A DNA stretch of 64,000 nt, taken from Macrostomum lignano (lineage: Eukaryota). The stretch's first letter is position 1, and the number at the start of each line of letters is the position of its first letter. Where the stretch lies: positions 517,971 to 581,970 of the forward strand of contig NIVC01000004.1 of NCBI GenBank assembly GCA_002269645.1. The letters run 5' to 3'. A model generated the notes under the pieces. The model saw only the letters and a list, made by a program, of their open reading frames with translations, had not been told where the DNA came from and ran no database searches. Made by a program: the position numbers and the translations under genes. This document shows positions 1 to 28,981 of the stretch, piece after piece.

Positions 1-2091
1 GCAATTATTATTTCTTGAGAGTGGCAGACTCTGATTTTGAAAATTCGAGTCGTCAAAAAATCTGTTGAGTCGGCACCCTTTATGAGTCATTTTATTTTGC
101 ATCCATGGATATCGCTTACACTTTCATTTCTACATAAGAGCGAATCCGTCACATTATCGGAGAAGCACACAGTCAGTGCCGATCAGTTCCGTGCAGTCAC
201 AAGTTATCGAGACTTTCCTGCGCCAGACTTTGAGCATCGATGACTTGTGCTCGCGTGCGCCCTTTGTCAGGCGCAGAGGCAAATTTATGCTGCTAAGAAG
301 GGCGGCGGCGTATCCGCTACACAAAAGCAGCCGAGTGGCTCTGCTTTCTCCGCTCGCTTCTTAGCGGGAAAAGCTGTTGCCGGCTCGAGCTGCCCTCTGC
401 CTCAGCCGCCTGCTAATCACAGGGCCGGCCTGCATTGTGTCCCTATCCATTCATTCTTGTCCCTCTTTCACTGTCTTGCGTTCTGCTGGATGACTCTCCT
501 GCAAAACTCCCCTTCGCAAACGCAAAAACGTACTGCGAGAGAAAGGGTGGTCCGAGTTAATGGGAAGCGGAGGCTGGGGAGGTCGGGAGGTGAAAATGAG
601 ATGAAGAAGGCAGCAGGCAGGTTTGAGAATAGCCGGCTGAGCAACCCGGAATTTCACTGGATGGATTGAGAGGGGTCATGCAGGGACCCCATCAAGGGCG
701 GATTCTGTTCCCCCTGTCTCTTCCCTATTCGTTTTCTCCCCCGCTTTGCCCCAACGAATGCCGGGCAGGTAGGCCGGCAGTAGGACAGGGGGGTGGGGGA
801 AGCCGAGGCAGAAAATTTGCAGAGCCTGACGGCTGAGAAGAGGCGGCGAGAGACAGAAGAAAGGAGGACAGAGCGAGCAAACAGCGACGGACAAAGATCG
901 ATTCGGATTCCAGAGTGGCCGCTAATGCCATTAAGTCCGGTGCTCGGCTGCCAGATGAACTGAAGAGCCTCTGCTGGCTGAGACAATGGATGACGGACAG
1001 GACTGCTGCTGCTGGTAGGTGCTCAGTGAAGCGCTTTGTTGAATTCTTGCCCTTTTGCCTACTGTGTCATCCAGCATTCCGGAATCGCCTGCACAATCAG
1101 CCAGGGAACCGCAGTCCGCCTGCCTGTCCGGTTTTGCTATTTTTGATTGTCTAAAATTTACCATGGCTGCTCCAACGTCCTCAGTCGGTATTTCCGCCGA
1201 CTTGAAATGGCAAAAAATGAATTTGGATTTCAAGTAGGGACCCTCCTGCCTTCAAGCGGGCACGCGAGAGCCGCTGCAACTGGCCTGGTTGCAGCTGCCG
1301 CGACCTGCTTTTCCCGCGCGGAGACCCCCGCCCCGCCTCCTTGCAGAATCCGCCTCATCGTCTCCCCTACTCTCCACTGTCACTCGCCATTCCCGTGCCT
1401 CTCGGAGCGTGTGTGCGCATTTTCGAGCCGCATCATGCACCTGCCGTCGCTTCAAGCCCGCGGCTTCCTTTATCCTCTGGCTGCTCTCCGGGCTCCTCAT
1501 CTCGCCTCTCTCCCTCTTCCTATTTCTCCGCCGCATCCCCGGCGCAACTCGGACCCCCCCCCCCCAGACTAATTAGGAGTCCCGGACGGGGCGCTCGTCC
1601 CGCTCTTCCCTGCTACCCGGCTGCCGGAGCGCCTCTAAGTGAGGCGGCAATGCGAGTGCCAAGCTGCGGACTGGCACCTGGGGAACTGCAGTTTCATTAG
1701 ATTTGTCTCCACTGTCAGAGGTCAGCAGGGACAGGCTGGCTCAGAATTCATTTTCCCTAGGTAATAATCCCCAGCTGATGCCTGGCAGGATGGCCCTCAG
1801 AGATCTGCAGGTTGGTCTTCAGGGCCTTCAACACGATGAATAGCTCTGCTGGCGGTGTTGGCTATTCAGTTAATCTGCTCAGCTTGCTCCGAGCCCGCTT
1901 ATCCCGTACCCCACTATTCTATTCTCTTAGTTCATAGTTTAATCCAGTTTGTATTATTTAAATCTCAAGGATTAGCGAAATGTATAGGATTAACTATCCA
2001 TGCTTCAGTGAGCAGTACACCTTGAGTGAGCTCGAGTCCTCGGACATATTGGCGCACATGTGCTCAGGAGTCATCGGACTCAGGACTCAGG

Positions 2092-2793
2092 ACACAAATT
2101 ACACAAACCTACACAAATTACACAAACCTACACAAATTACCCAAACCTACATAAATTACACAAATTACACATACCTACACAAATTACACAAACCTACATA
2201 AATTACACAAATTACACATACCTACACAAATTACACAAACCTACATAAATTACACAAACCTACACAAATTACACAAACCTACACAAATTACACAAACCTA
2301 CACAAATTACACAAACCTACATAAATTACACAAACCTACACAAATTACACAAACCTACATAAATTACACAAACCTACACAAATTAAACAAACCTACACAA
2401 ATTACACAAACCTACACAAATTACACAAACCTACATAAATTACACAAACCTACACAAATTACACAAACCTACACAAATTACACAAACCTACATAAATTAC
2501 ACAAACCTACACAAATTACACAAACCTACATAAATTACACAAACCTACACAAATTACACAAACCTACACAAATTACACAAACCTACACAAATTACACAAA
2601 CCTACACAAATTACACAAACCTACACAAATTACACAAACCTACACAAATTACACAAACCTACACAAATTACACAAACCTACACAAATTACACAAACCTAC
2701 ACAAATTACACAAACCTACACAAATTACACAAACCTACACAAATTAGACAAACCTACACAAATTACACAAACCTACATAAATTACACAAACCT
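2092..2793. repeat. 19-bp minisatellite (acacaaattacacaaacct)n
   Basis: Direct reading of tandem units. Confidence 0.95.
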
Positions 2794-3261
2794 CGAGCTG
2801 CGCCTCAGTCGCCAGCACCGCACCCGCATCAAGTATGCGTCATTAGGGCAGAACAATGAAATTTACCTAATTAGTTATTCGCAAACCTTTGCATCGAGGT
2901 TTGTTCTGAGCCGGGCACACACATAGAATCCGCCTTTTCCAAGCCAAAAAGACCGAGGCATTTAAAGGCAGAAGTCAGCCGAGTCTCCTCAGGCCTAGAA
3001 TAGCACAGTCGGCTCATCAGCCTGCAGATGCGCAATCCACCAAGGGCTCGAGCTCGAGTCGAGCCCGCTGGAATATCAACCACCATCGCGTGACTCTCTC
3101 AAATTAGGCGTCTGTCCCCGCCCGGGCCATGGCGAGGCCGCCCTCGCCCTTTGCCGATCCGACAGCCCACGCTTTGCTGCAGCTCGCACTCCTTTATAAT
3201 CAAAGCCGAGGGCCGCCTGCAGCAGCAGCTGTCGCCTTCTCTGCTGAAATGAGAAGAAGAG

Positions 3262-3704
3262 AGGCGCCATTGAGAAGGAAGGGAGAGGCGCTATTGAGAG
3301 GGAAGAAGAGAAGCGCCATTGAGAGGGAAGAGAGGCGCCATTGAGAAGGAAGAGAGAGGCGCTATTGAGAGGGAAGAGAGAAGCGCTATTGAGAGGGAAG
3401 AGAGAAGCGCTATTGAGAGGGAAGAGAGAAGCGCCATTGAGAGGGAAGAGAGAGGCGCTATTGAGAGGGAAGAGAGAAGCGCCATTGAGAGGGAAGAGAG
3501 AGGCGCTATTGAGAGGGAAGAGAGAAGCGCCATTGAGAGGGAAGAGAGAAGCGCCATTGAGAGGGAAGAGAGGCGCTATTGAGAGGGAAGAGAGAAGCGC
3601 CATTGAGAGGGAAGAGAGAAGCGCCATTGAGAGGGAAGAGAGAGGCGCCATTGAGAGGGAAGAGAGAAGCGCTATTGAGAGGGAAGAGAGAGGCGCCATT
3701 GAGA
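3262..3704. repeat. 24-bp minisatellite (gagagggaagagagaagcgccatt)n
   Basis: Tandem units; source of the EREERSAI ORFs. Confidence 0.95.
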
Positions 3705-4128
3705 CGGCTGAGAAGAGAAAGGCGCTCAGAGGAGCGAATGCTCTGTGCTGTCTGTACGCGCAGCGCATCCCCTAGCAGGTCCCATCAATGGCTGGTCATC
3801 CTTTGTTCGGCCCCTCTAGCCCGAAACTCTGCCTCTTAGCACTGAACGCCAAGGCACATTTAAAATCGCTGTGCATCACCTGCCACGGAACGGTCATCGA
3901 TCACCGTGCCGGCATTTCCGGCTTTTAACTCAGCCAGTTTTCATTAAGCAGCTCCTGTGCCTGGAATCTACAGTGGCGTGAACTAAGGCCGCACCAAAAT
4001 ATGAGCGCGGCTGGAGACTGAGTCCGGGATCTCGGTCTCGATCGAGCAGACACTTCAAGTACAAACCGTCCCGCCTTCCAGAGTCATCGGATGAGGCGGC
4101 GTGTCGTCTGACACGGACCGCCATTCGT

Positions 4129-4239
4129 TCGCCATACTCGCCATACTCGCCATACTCGCCACACTCGCCATACTCGCCATACTCGCCATACTCGCCACAC
4201 TCGCCACACTCGCCACACTCGCCACACTCGCCACACTCG
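4129..4239 (+). repeat. 9-bp repeat (tcgccaYac)x12, possibly coding Ser-Pro-Tyr/His
   Basis: 12 units, open in the frame of the first RhoGEF exon. Confidence 0.85.
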
Positions 4240-4253
4240 CACCTCTCCTGCAG

Positions 4254-20300
<16,047 letters not shown>

Positions 20301-21544
20301 ATGGCCCTGCTCGCATCACTCTACTGAAAGCAGCTGGGAAAGGCAAATTTTCTTGTCGAAGCGGTGCAGTTCGGGATTGACACTTCCTCTGCATCTGAGG
20401 ATCAAAAGCAGGCATTAAGAGAGCTACTTGAGCTGATATTTTTGTTTCAATGTAATTCAATGCGCCACACTTTTCCTGCTTTTGCTGTTTTGCTACCAGT
20501 CCTGTTGTTGCAGACACCCTGCTGCCGCGTTGCGAAGCAATTTTATATGCTTATTTTTGTCAAAAATCTGCTTTTACCGCTATCAGCATTGCTTTACTTA
20601 TGCAGTCGCACCGTCACACGCTCCTCTCTCTCGGCTATCAAAGGTCCAAGGTCTCACTTTCGGTCTCGTCCATCTGCCACCTGCCGATCATCTCAGCTTT
20701 CTTCTATTTGAGCTTCTTGCCCTCTGACACCAGCTGATCGTGTTCTTGTGTTACCTGTGAAAATGCTGGTGTGCATATTAATGTCAGGCAAATAATCCGG
20801 AGGCCATCGAATTATTGGCGGCTGTCCCTCAGCTGTCAGATGAAAAGTTGCTTGTGCTTATAATTTTTTATCAACTTTTATTTATAAGCAGAAAATTCAG
20901 AGAGCGGCTAAGGCAAGTAAAAGAGACTGAGAACTTTGATTAGCAGCGGGTTGCAGTGCGGTTTCGAGATGCGGAATAACGGAGAATATAAAATCTGCGG
21001 CATTCGCTTTTGCATTCAGCTGAGTGCAACTTGTGGCAGTTACTTGGAAAAAACGGAGACCAGGTTTCTCTTTGAGAAAAGGTTAAAGGTTTGGGACAGC
21101 TGGGACAAGGAAGGACGGCAAAGCATAGCAACAGAAATCTACAGCGCGACGCGGAGAAATTCGCAAAACTTCGAAATCAATTTGGAGAGGGTGGGATACG
21201 CTAAGACGTCAGTTTGCAAGATAATAAGCAATATTAAATTTGCTGGGCTGAGATGAGTCGGCTTCCGGCATCATCAGGCGGCAGTCTGGAAGTCAGTGGT
21301 TGCACAAGCTTTGACATCAAGCAGCCAAGCAATTAAAAAGCAGGTGTCACACAAGACTGCGAGCTCACCAACTGCTTGCTGGCAGTCGCTGCTGCTTGCG
21401 GCTTCTGTAGCCCCGGTACGTGGCCTGGATCTTCGTGGCCGCCTGGTGATACATCGGGTCCTGGAAGTGGCGGGGGTGACTTAGCGATTCCTGGTTGACT
21501 TTTAGGTCTAGCTGTGTGTGTTGGGGCTATGGTTATAAATAGTA

Positions 21545-21765
21545 CAGGTACACACTCATAGACACGCTCACGGGGTGTACAGGCCCTGACTTTCTATTCG
21601 TCAGGCATGTACACTATCTGTGCCTTGGGGGCTGGCCCTCCTGGGCGCGAATCACACGGCAACCCCTCGGCCAATTTCATGCTCAAGCCTAAATGAATAT
21701 GGGTGAGCACGGAATCGAACCCCGGGTCGCGGCGCAGAGTCGGGCGCGTCTACCGCTGAGGCTGG
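21545..21765 (-). mobile_element. tRNA-derived SINE, second family
   Basis: Minus strand: A-box-like AGCCTCAGCGGT, B-box GGTTCGATTCC. The body motif (plus strand gtgtacag..ctgactttcta.tcgtcag.gcatgtacac..tctgtgccttg) recurs at ~25945, ~28735 and ~39490. Confidence 0.65.
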
Positions 21766-22219
21766 GTTAGGGTTAAAATACCTCGTATCCATCATACTGC
21801 TCAGCTCTGTAGGTTGTGGCGTCGTTATGCTGCTGCTGGCCCGGCCTGGCATGGCTGGTTACGGGACTGTTGCTGTTAGACAGCACCTGGGCACGAATGA
21901 GATAAAAATGCAAGCCGTTAGTTGCTATGCAACATTGGCGCTGGCTGCGCTGCTATAGTGACGTTAGCAAGTGTGAGTAGATCATCCGATTAGCTGCTCA
22001 TCCTGGCTGCCAATGCATTCTAATATCGCAATGTTAAGCCGAAAAGCAAGCGCTGTTTTAGACACATGCGCTGTGTGAGATGCGCTGGAGTCAAACACCT
22101 ACCGGATGGGGGGATGAGAGAGACAGGTTGGCGATAAAGGGGTTCTGCGGTGCGGGGAGCGTTTTGGGACATGGCGCGCTTGGGATGAGGCGGGCGGAAG
22201 CGGCCGAGGAGCATCCGCT

Positions 22220-25200
22220 TCAGGCGCCACCGCTGCCCGCAGCCTTGCCGGCCTCCTGCCTGGCCACCTGCTTGCGGGTCTTGTAGCTGTTCACCGAGGC
22301 CTGGATGGACTTAGCGGCCGCCTTCTCCTCCTCCGACATTGGCTTCTGCTGCTTCTGCGGCTGCTGCTGCTGCTTTTGCTTCTTGGAGTTGGCCGCGTCG
22401 TTCTTCACCTCAATGGGCCGCTGGGCCACCTTGGAGGCCGCCTGTTTTCTGGCTTCAAAGCCCTTGACGCTCGACTGGATGGTGCCCGCGGCCTGCGCCT
22501 TCTCCTCCGGGCTCGCCTTCGCACCCTTGGGCTTCGCGTTGGCCTTGGAGTTGACCAGCTCGGGCCGGATCGTCACCGGGCCGCCCGTCCGCTTCTCTGC
22601 GGCCACTTTGCGGGTCTCGAACCCGCGGATGCTGGCCTGGATCTGCCCGGCCGCCTTTGCCTTCTCGGCCTTCGGGCGGGCGGAGGTCGAATTGGGCTGG
22701 GGAGGTGAGGCTGGCTGAGTCTCCGAGTGGGGAATGTTTGAGTTGAGCTGTTTGGGAGGTGAGTCTGGTTGAGTCTCCGAGTGGGGAATGTTTGAGTTGA
22801 GCTGTTTGGGGGGTGAGTCTGGCTGAGTCTCCGAGTGGGGAATGTTTGAGTTGAGCTGTTTGGGAGGTGAGTCTGGCTGAGTCTCCGAGTGGGGAATGTT
22901 TGAGTTGAGCTGTTTGGGGAGGTGAGGCTGGCTGAGTCTCCGATTGGGGAATGTTTGAGTTGAGCTGTTTGGGAGGTGAGTCTGTCTAGGAAAGGTTGCT
23001 ATACATGTACATATATTGAACAGCGGTGACAAAACGTGCAACTGCCAGTAATAGAAGCAACAGTTTGGCAATTCGGTCCTGAATGAGGAAAAAACCAAGC
23101 AAGTGGCATAAAGTCAATCTACCAAGCATAAATATTTAAGTTCTACAAATAGGAGCCGGCAAAGCAGCCCTTTGAGCCACCTCTAAAAAGCCATGGTTTT
23201 GCGGTAAAGTGCCGTGTGCGCTGTGACCTGCAGTGCCATGTACAACACTCACTGCACAGCTTCAAGCATGCGGCAAGCCAGCCGAGTTTTCACATTTCAT
23301 ACTCACAAATTTCAGCTCTCAATCTAAATGACGAGCATTGAGACTCCTGCATACTCACTGCGCCACTCACCCCTCAATGTAGATCCTGCACACTCACTGC
23401 GCCACTCACCACTCAATGTAGATCCTGCACACTCACTGCGCCACTCACCCCTCAATGTAGATCCTGCACACTCACTGCGCCACTCACCCCTCAATGTAGA
23501 TCCTGCACACTCACTGCGCCACTCACCCCTCAATGTAGATCCTGTACACTCACTGCGCCACACACCACCCTCAATGTAGATCCTGCACACTCACTGCGCC
23601 ACTCACCCTTCCTCAATGTAGATCCTGCACACTCACTGCGCCACTCACCACTCAATGTAGATCCTGCACACTCACTGCGCCACTCACCCCTCAATGTAGA
23701 TCCTGCACACTCACTGCGCCACTCACCACTCAATGTAGATCCTGCACACTCACTGCGCCACTCACCCCTCAATGTAGATCCTGCACACTCACTGCGCCAC
23801 TCACCCCTCAATGTAGATCCTGTACACTCACTGCGCCACACACCACCCTCAATGTAGATCCTGTACACTCACTGCGCCACTCACCCTTCCTCAATGTAGA
23901 TCCTGCACACTCACTGCGCCACACACCCCTCTCAATGTAGATCCTGTACACTCACTGCGCCATGCACCCCACTCAATGTAGATCCTGTACACTCACTGCG
24001 CCACACACCCCCCTCAATGTAGATCCTGTACACTCACTGCGCCATGCACCCCACTCAATGTAGATCCTGTACACTCACTGCTCCACACACCCCACTCAAT
24101 GTAGATCCTGTACACTCACTGCGCCATGCACCCCACTCAATGTAGATCCTGCACACTCACTGCGCCACTCACCCCACTCAATGTAGATCCTGTACACTCA
24201 CTGCGCCACACACCCCCCTCAATGTAGATCCTGTACACTCACTGCGCCATGCACCCCACTCAATGTAGATCCTGTACACTCACTGCTCCACACACCCCAC
24301 TCAATGTAGATCCTGCACACTCACTGCGCCACTCACCCCACTCAATGTAGATCCGGTACACTCACTGCGCCATGCACCCCACTCAATGTAGATCCGGTAC
24401 ACTGGCTTGCGGCTCATCACCTCACTCACCCCATGGATCCTACACACTTCATCACACACACAACAAACCACAGCTTTCCAACAGCTCTCATGAGTTCAAA
24501 TTCACGCGCCAACCTCCTCGATGGAGACTCCGTCGCTGTTGCGCCGCCGCTGCCCGCCGGGGCTGCTGAACTCGCCGGGCTCGGTCTCGAAAGCCTCGCC
24601 CGCGTCAGCTCGCTTTGGAAAGGTTTTCGCCATAGTTGGTTAAAACGCTTTATGGGTCGACTGGAGGCGGAACAGAGACAACTAATTAGCATATCCAAGG
24701 TGCGTGGCCACCTTTGCTTACCTTGGTAGCTCCGCCTCCTTCACTATTGGTGGCTCTTGGATTCTGTTGAGCTTGGTCTCGCTGCGAGTCCTGCTTGCTT
24801 CTGCAAAGAGAGACGGATGAGGTGAGTGCCGGTGCATCGGAGGTTGGGCTCAGAATCCATGCAGCAAGAAGGTCTTTGATACTCACTTTCTGGACGAGTG
24901 CTTCTCTGGCGTGATGGGCTGCGACAAGTACTTGATGGTCGACCTGAAGAGGTGCGCAATGGGCGATTGTTCGGTCTAAAGGTTTTCCAGAAATCTTGGT
25001 CAAGGATAAAAAAGGCTAATAAATGCAGCTAGTACAGGTATGAATGCAATTGTTCCTGTGAAGCCACACTACGCAATGCAAACTCTGAGGAAATCGAACT
25101 GTGAGCTGCAAAAACTGCTTGTTGAAAAACATAAAAAAGGTTGTAATGAAAACAGATTCTATCAGGAAATTTTCTATTAAAAAAGAACGCCTTAGAACGG

Positions 25201-27364
25201 TCTCGGCCTCACCACGCAGTGCTGTCGCTGAAAAAGGCCAAGATTACATGGACAGATGACAGATATTGCGTAACAATGCCACAATACCTGGCAGAAGCGC
25301 CAAAGATCAACAAATTTATTTAGAAAACGAATCGCTCACTTTCTCTCAGCCTTGCCAAGAACGATGAGGGGCAGCTTCTGGCCGTACGGCCGGGACAGGA
25401 AGGGCTCGTGGCCGCCAGCTACGTAGTGCTTCTCGTGCTGCAGCTCCTGCGGCTCCCGGATGCGCCGGCCGCTGATGTCGAACAGCCTGCGGTGGGGAGG
25501 GGGGAACCAGTGGAATTCGCAGCGAACACCCGAACACAACAGCGGGTACGGCAGCAGTCAGTCGATAATGATGTCAAGCGCTCACTTTCTGATGGCCATG
25601 TTGTTAGGCAGGACCACTCGCTCCTCGACTGCCCGCAGCACCACCTCCATGCTGACCTGCTCGGATGGCCGAAGCATGACGATGATGGCCGGCGTGAACT
25701 CGTCACCGTTGCGGTACACCCTGGGGAAGGGGGAGCGCGGGGTTGTCTCAGTCAGAAAATTGATCCCACTCGTGGTTCCGGAGTACAGTTTATGGGGGAA
25801 GCAGACACAAGATAGTAATAATAATAATATTTGCAGGAGGGCTGCGGGCACCCTGGAGCAAAACCTTCTTGGCGACATCGTCCCGCAACCAGTGGTGAAG
25901 CAATTTTGTCCATTTCGCCGACTCCTGAGCACGCTAATACTGTACGTAGGCACGCGCTCACACAGGGGTACAGCGGCCGTTTGACTTTCTAATCCTCATG
26001 TGCGCTATTGGCTTTCTCGTTCGATTTCAGCAAAAGTGAATTCTATTTTGTCCGCTGCGCCTCCCGCCTACAGTTAGTGCATTCAATTTCGTGATCAGAA
26101 GAGCGCGGGGTGGTGGGTGCTACGGTAGTGAATTCTAATAAATTCTTGTTCTTGTTTTGTACCGCGAATTCCCCCCTCCAACGTTCTGTCCCGCTCACCT
26201 GATCGCCTTCGACTGCGAGCTGATCACATCCATCTTGGCGCCAAACCGAGGCTGCACGGACATCAGCTTCTTGTTGTGAACAACTGGCAGGATCTGCAGA
26301 GGCGGGGAGGGGCGTTCGTGATGACAAGGGGAGAACCGGGGGATCAAAGACAGCAGCGAAGAGTTGAGTCAATCAGAACTCACCGGCTCCAGCACGACTC
26401 GGTTGCTGCCCATCGGCTTCCTCGGTGAGGCCGTGGGCGATGCGCCGGAGCCCTTCGTCTCCGCGTGGCTCCCGTTGGCGCCGACCTCCGCCTCCGGGAC
26501 GTAGCTGCAGCAGCATGGGAAATCAATGTAGAGGACTTGAGCCAGCTCAAGTAATAAACGAGCAATTGCTGCTTTTTCTAATTTGAAAATTTTATATAAA
26601 AATGGCAAGCAAAAGATTTCTGAATATTTAATACGCTCATATCAGCGAATCCGTCAGCTAATTCCATCGATTTTGCCAAGCTCAAACGCATGTAGCTAGG
26701 CTCCCATCTTTGGGATGGTTGTCTCATTAGGGCAGAGGTCGGGGCAAAATTTTTACCTCAAGGGCCAGATAGATACAGAACCTACAGGTTACAGGTTACA
26801 GGTTTTATTAGGTTCCGTCACTTCGGGAAAGACAATGAGCCCTACAAAACCACAGGGAATTACGCTGACTCAACTCTCGGAATATCTACAGCTGAAACCC
26901 CTGCATGCGCCCATGGCTATATAAGAAATCCATGGATAAATTTTTTCCTGAGAATTATGGAATTGTTTTGACCCTACAACTTCAACCAATGCTCACGTCA
27001 TTGGCTTAAACCGCTCGCCCCTGGCCAGCGCCACATAGTGTCCCTTGTCCTCGAAGCTGTCCAAATCATGGATGCGCCTCCGTCCTCGCTTCGGCGTCAC
27101 GATGTTGCGCACCGCGCCGCGCAGTGGGTTCACCGACATGGTCACCTGTTCCAGGAAGACGTCCCAATCGCGTAGCTGGCGCCGGTTCAGCACAAACTTC
27201 TTGGAGGGCGCGAACACGTCGCCGTTGCGGAAAATGTACACGCACTTGGCTGTAGCCGAGGCCGACGACTGCGAGGCCTGTGGAGGACCTTCACCGCCGC
27301 CGGCTGGCGCCTCGCCGTTTTGCGCCGGCGGCTGCAGCTCGGTAGATTTCGGATCCGTAGCCAT
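22220..27364 (-). CDS. DCDC2: Doublecortin domain-containing protein (DCDC2-like, two DCX domains) with C-terminal IQ-like repeats, ~525 aa
   Basis: Exons (minus): 27364-26997, 26504-26384, 26293-26199, 25720-25586, 25486-25340, 24943-24887, 24800-24722, (24612-24514 probable, AAG acceptor), 22696-22220; all phases match. DCX1: AKCVYIFRNGDVFAPSKKFVLN...FLEQVT...GAVRNIVTPKRG...HYVA. DCX2: IRVYRNGDEFTPA...VLRAVEERVVL...AIRKLFDISGRRI...HYVAGGHEPF...PYG. Confidence 0.88.
22700..22982. repeat. 54-bp intronic minisatellite abutting the last DCDC2 acceptor
   Basis: About 5 units of gagtctccgagtggggaatgtttgagttgagctgtttgggaggtgagtctggct. Confidence 0.93.
23345..24400. repeat. 39/40-bp intronic minisatellite (cactcactgcgccactcacccctcaatgtagatcctgca)n
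   Basis: Tandem units. Confidence 0.95.
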
Positions 27365-28734
27365 GAAACTCTCAGGCTACAGCATGACCTGCTGACTGCT
27401 CGGTTTAGCTTAAGCGGCGGCCGTCTCGCTATTGGAGTAGGGCCGATCGTAAGTGCAAAAGAACTAACGGCTTGTTTCTCCGCCTTTTGTCAGACTGTTG
27501 CAGGTTTGTTTTACTCGACTGAGGTGTGGAGACGCCACTAAGAGACCTAGGCGAGAAGAGAGAAGAAAACGAATGAAGGAAAGACAGCTAGAAATTTGCG
27601 CAACCAGCGCAGACTGAAAACGCGCGCCTCTGCCGTGGAAGCCATGACAACACGCGGAGGTTGGGTGGCTGCCGGTGGAAGGTAGGAATTAGGCAAGGAG
27701 CGGAGCTGCAGTGCGTTGCGCGCGTGTGTGCGGGCTGGATGCTCTCGCCCGGGCAACTGTGCAAGCCCGTACAGCTGCCGGCCCGCCCTCACCAGCCCCA
27801 TTGTGCTCTTGTGCGTGCGAAAGCGGGTGAGCTGTCGACTCTAGAGGGGAGACCGCAGTGCATATCTGGCAGCAAGCTTGACTGTGCCATCCAGCCAGAG
27901 CCAATTGATTTCAGCAGCCGGCTTGCTGACTTCTGCCGCTTCCTCCTCCCCCCCAACCGTAACAACCGGCCTGCCCAGATCACCATGGGCACTTGGACTG
28001 AGGTGGCTGCGCTGTCTTACATCTTTACAATCTGCATTACAATCTGGACCAGTACAGCTGATGCCTGAGCTGCCGTATACACGCGGCATGGAAATTAATC
28101 AACGCCCCTCCCCCGCCTCAATAGTATAGCTTAACTCAGCAGCAGGCTGCGCATGGCAACAAGAGTGCACGCTGAACAAGGCGGTATCGGTGACAAGGCG
28201 AAGGTCCGGAAGGTCTCGGAGAGTGTCTTTCCGAAACACACTCAAGTGGCCCGTGGGATACATAGACCATGCAATCCAGAACAAGGCAAATTTCTAACAG
28301 CGAACGCGTGATTGCGAGAAAGTTTTTATCATGACACATTTGTATACATTTTGCAAATGTACTTTTTATTAATAAACCCAGGCAAACAGAAGTTATAAAA
28401 TGAATACGACAGCGATTATAGGCCAGAATAGGTACAACAGACTATAGTTGAGGCAATATTTTGATTCGCCAAGAAACGAGCAAATCGCAGGCATACAAAT
28501 AATAAAGCTGACTAAAATGAGAAATATACAGAATAGTAACTGAAAGACACAAAACACAGACTACTTATAACGAATAGTAAGCAGTAATATATGGCGCAAG
28601 TTTATAAAATCTGCTAGACAACATCTAGAGTAGCTAGTAAGAACTATTGAGAAATACTACAATTTGCGTATAACAGCATGTATTCGATAGTGTGACAAGC
28701 AGTCATGTCCATTCTCTGCCTCCTGAGCACGCTC

Positions 28735-28830
28735 ACAGGTACACAGACAGGCACTCATACAGGGGGTGTACAGCGACCCTGACTTTCTAATCGTCAGGGC
28801 ATGTACACCCTCTGTGCCTTGTGAGCACAA
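28735..28830 (-). mobile_element. 3' fragment of second SINE family
   Basis: gggggtgtacagcgaccctgactttctaatcgtcagggcatgtacaccctctgtgccttg aligns by eye to ~21570-21625. Confidence 0.55.
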
Positions 28831-28981
28831 GCCCCAAATCAGAAGCCCATCTTGGAACAGAAGGGGGGCGCAAGTGGGAATTTTATTCTATACGGGGTTA
28901 AATCGTTACAAATTGCACACACGAGATCGCATGAGATCACCGATAGGAACAGGACAGCAAGCCACAGTAAGCAGGGGAGTC

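Noticed and set aside
915-933. 18/19 match gtggccgctaatgc(c/a)atta shared with 45916-45934 (TAAT-N3-ATTA homeodomain-like site)
   Set aside because: A rough estimate gives on the order of one such match by chance in 64 kb; there is no other support.
20936-21256. 106-aa ORF with a protein-like middle section
   Set aside because: No recognisable motif, atypical codon usage and no convincing exon chain.
21701-21765. tRNA gene candidate (also ~14560-14600)
   Set aside because: A and B boxes are present, but there is no complementary acceptor or anticodon stem and the sequence continues into a dispersed repeat body, so these are SINE heads.
21764-21775. Telomere-like GGGTTAGGGTTA
   Set aside because: Only two units, at a SINE end.
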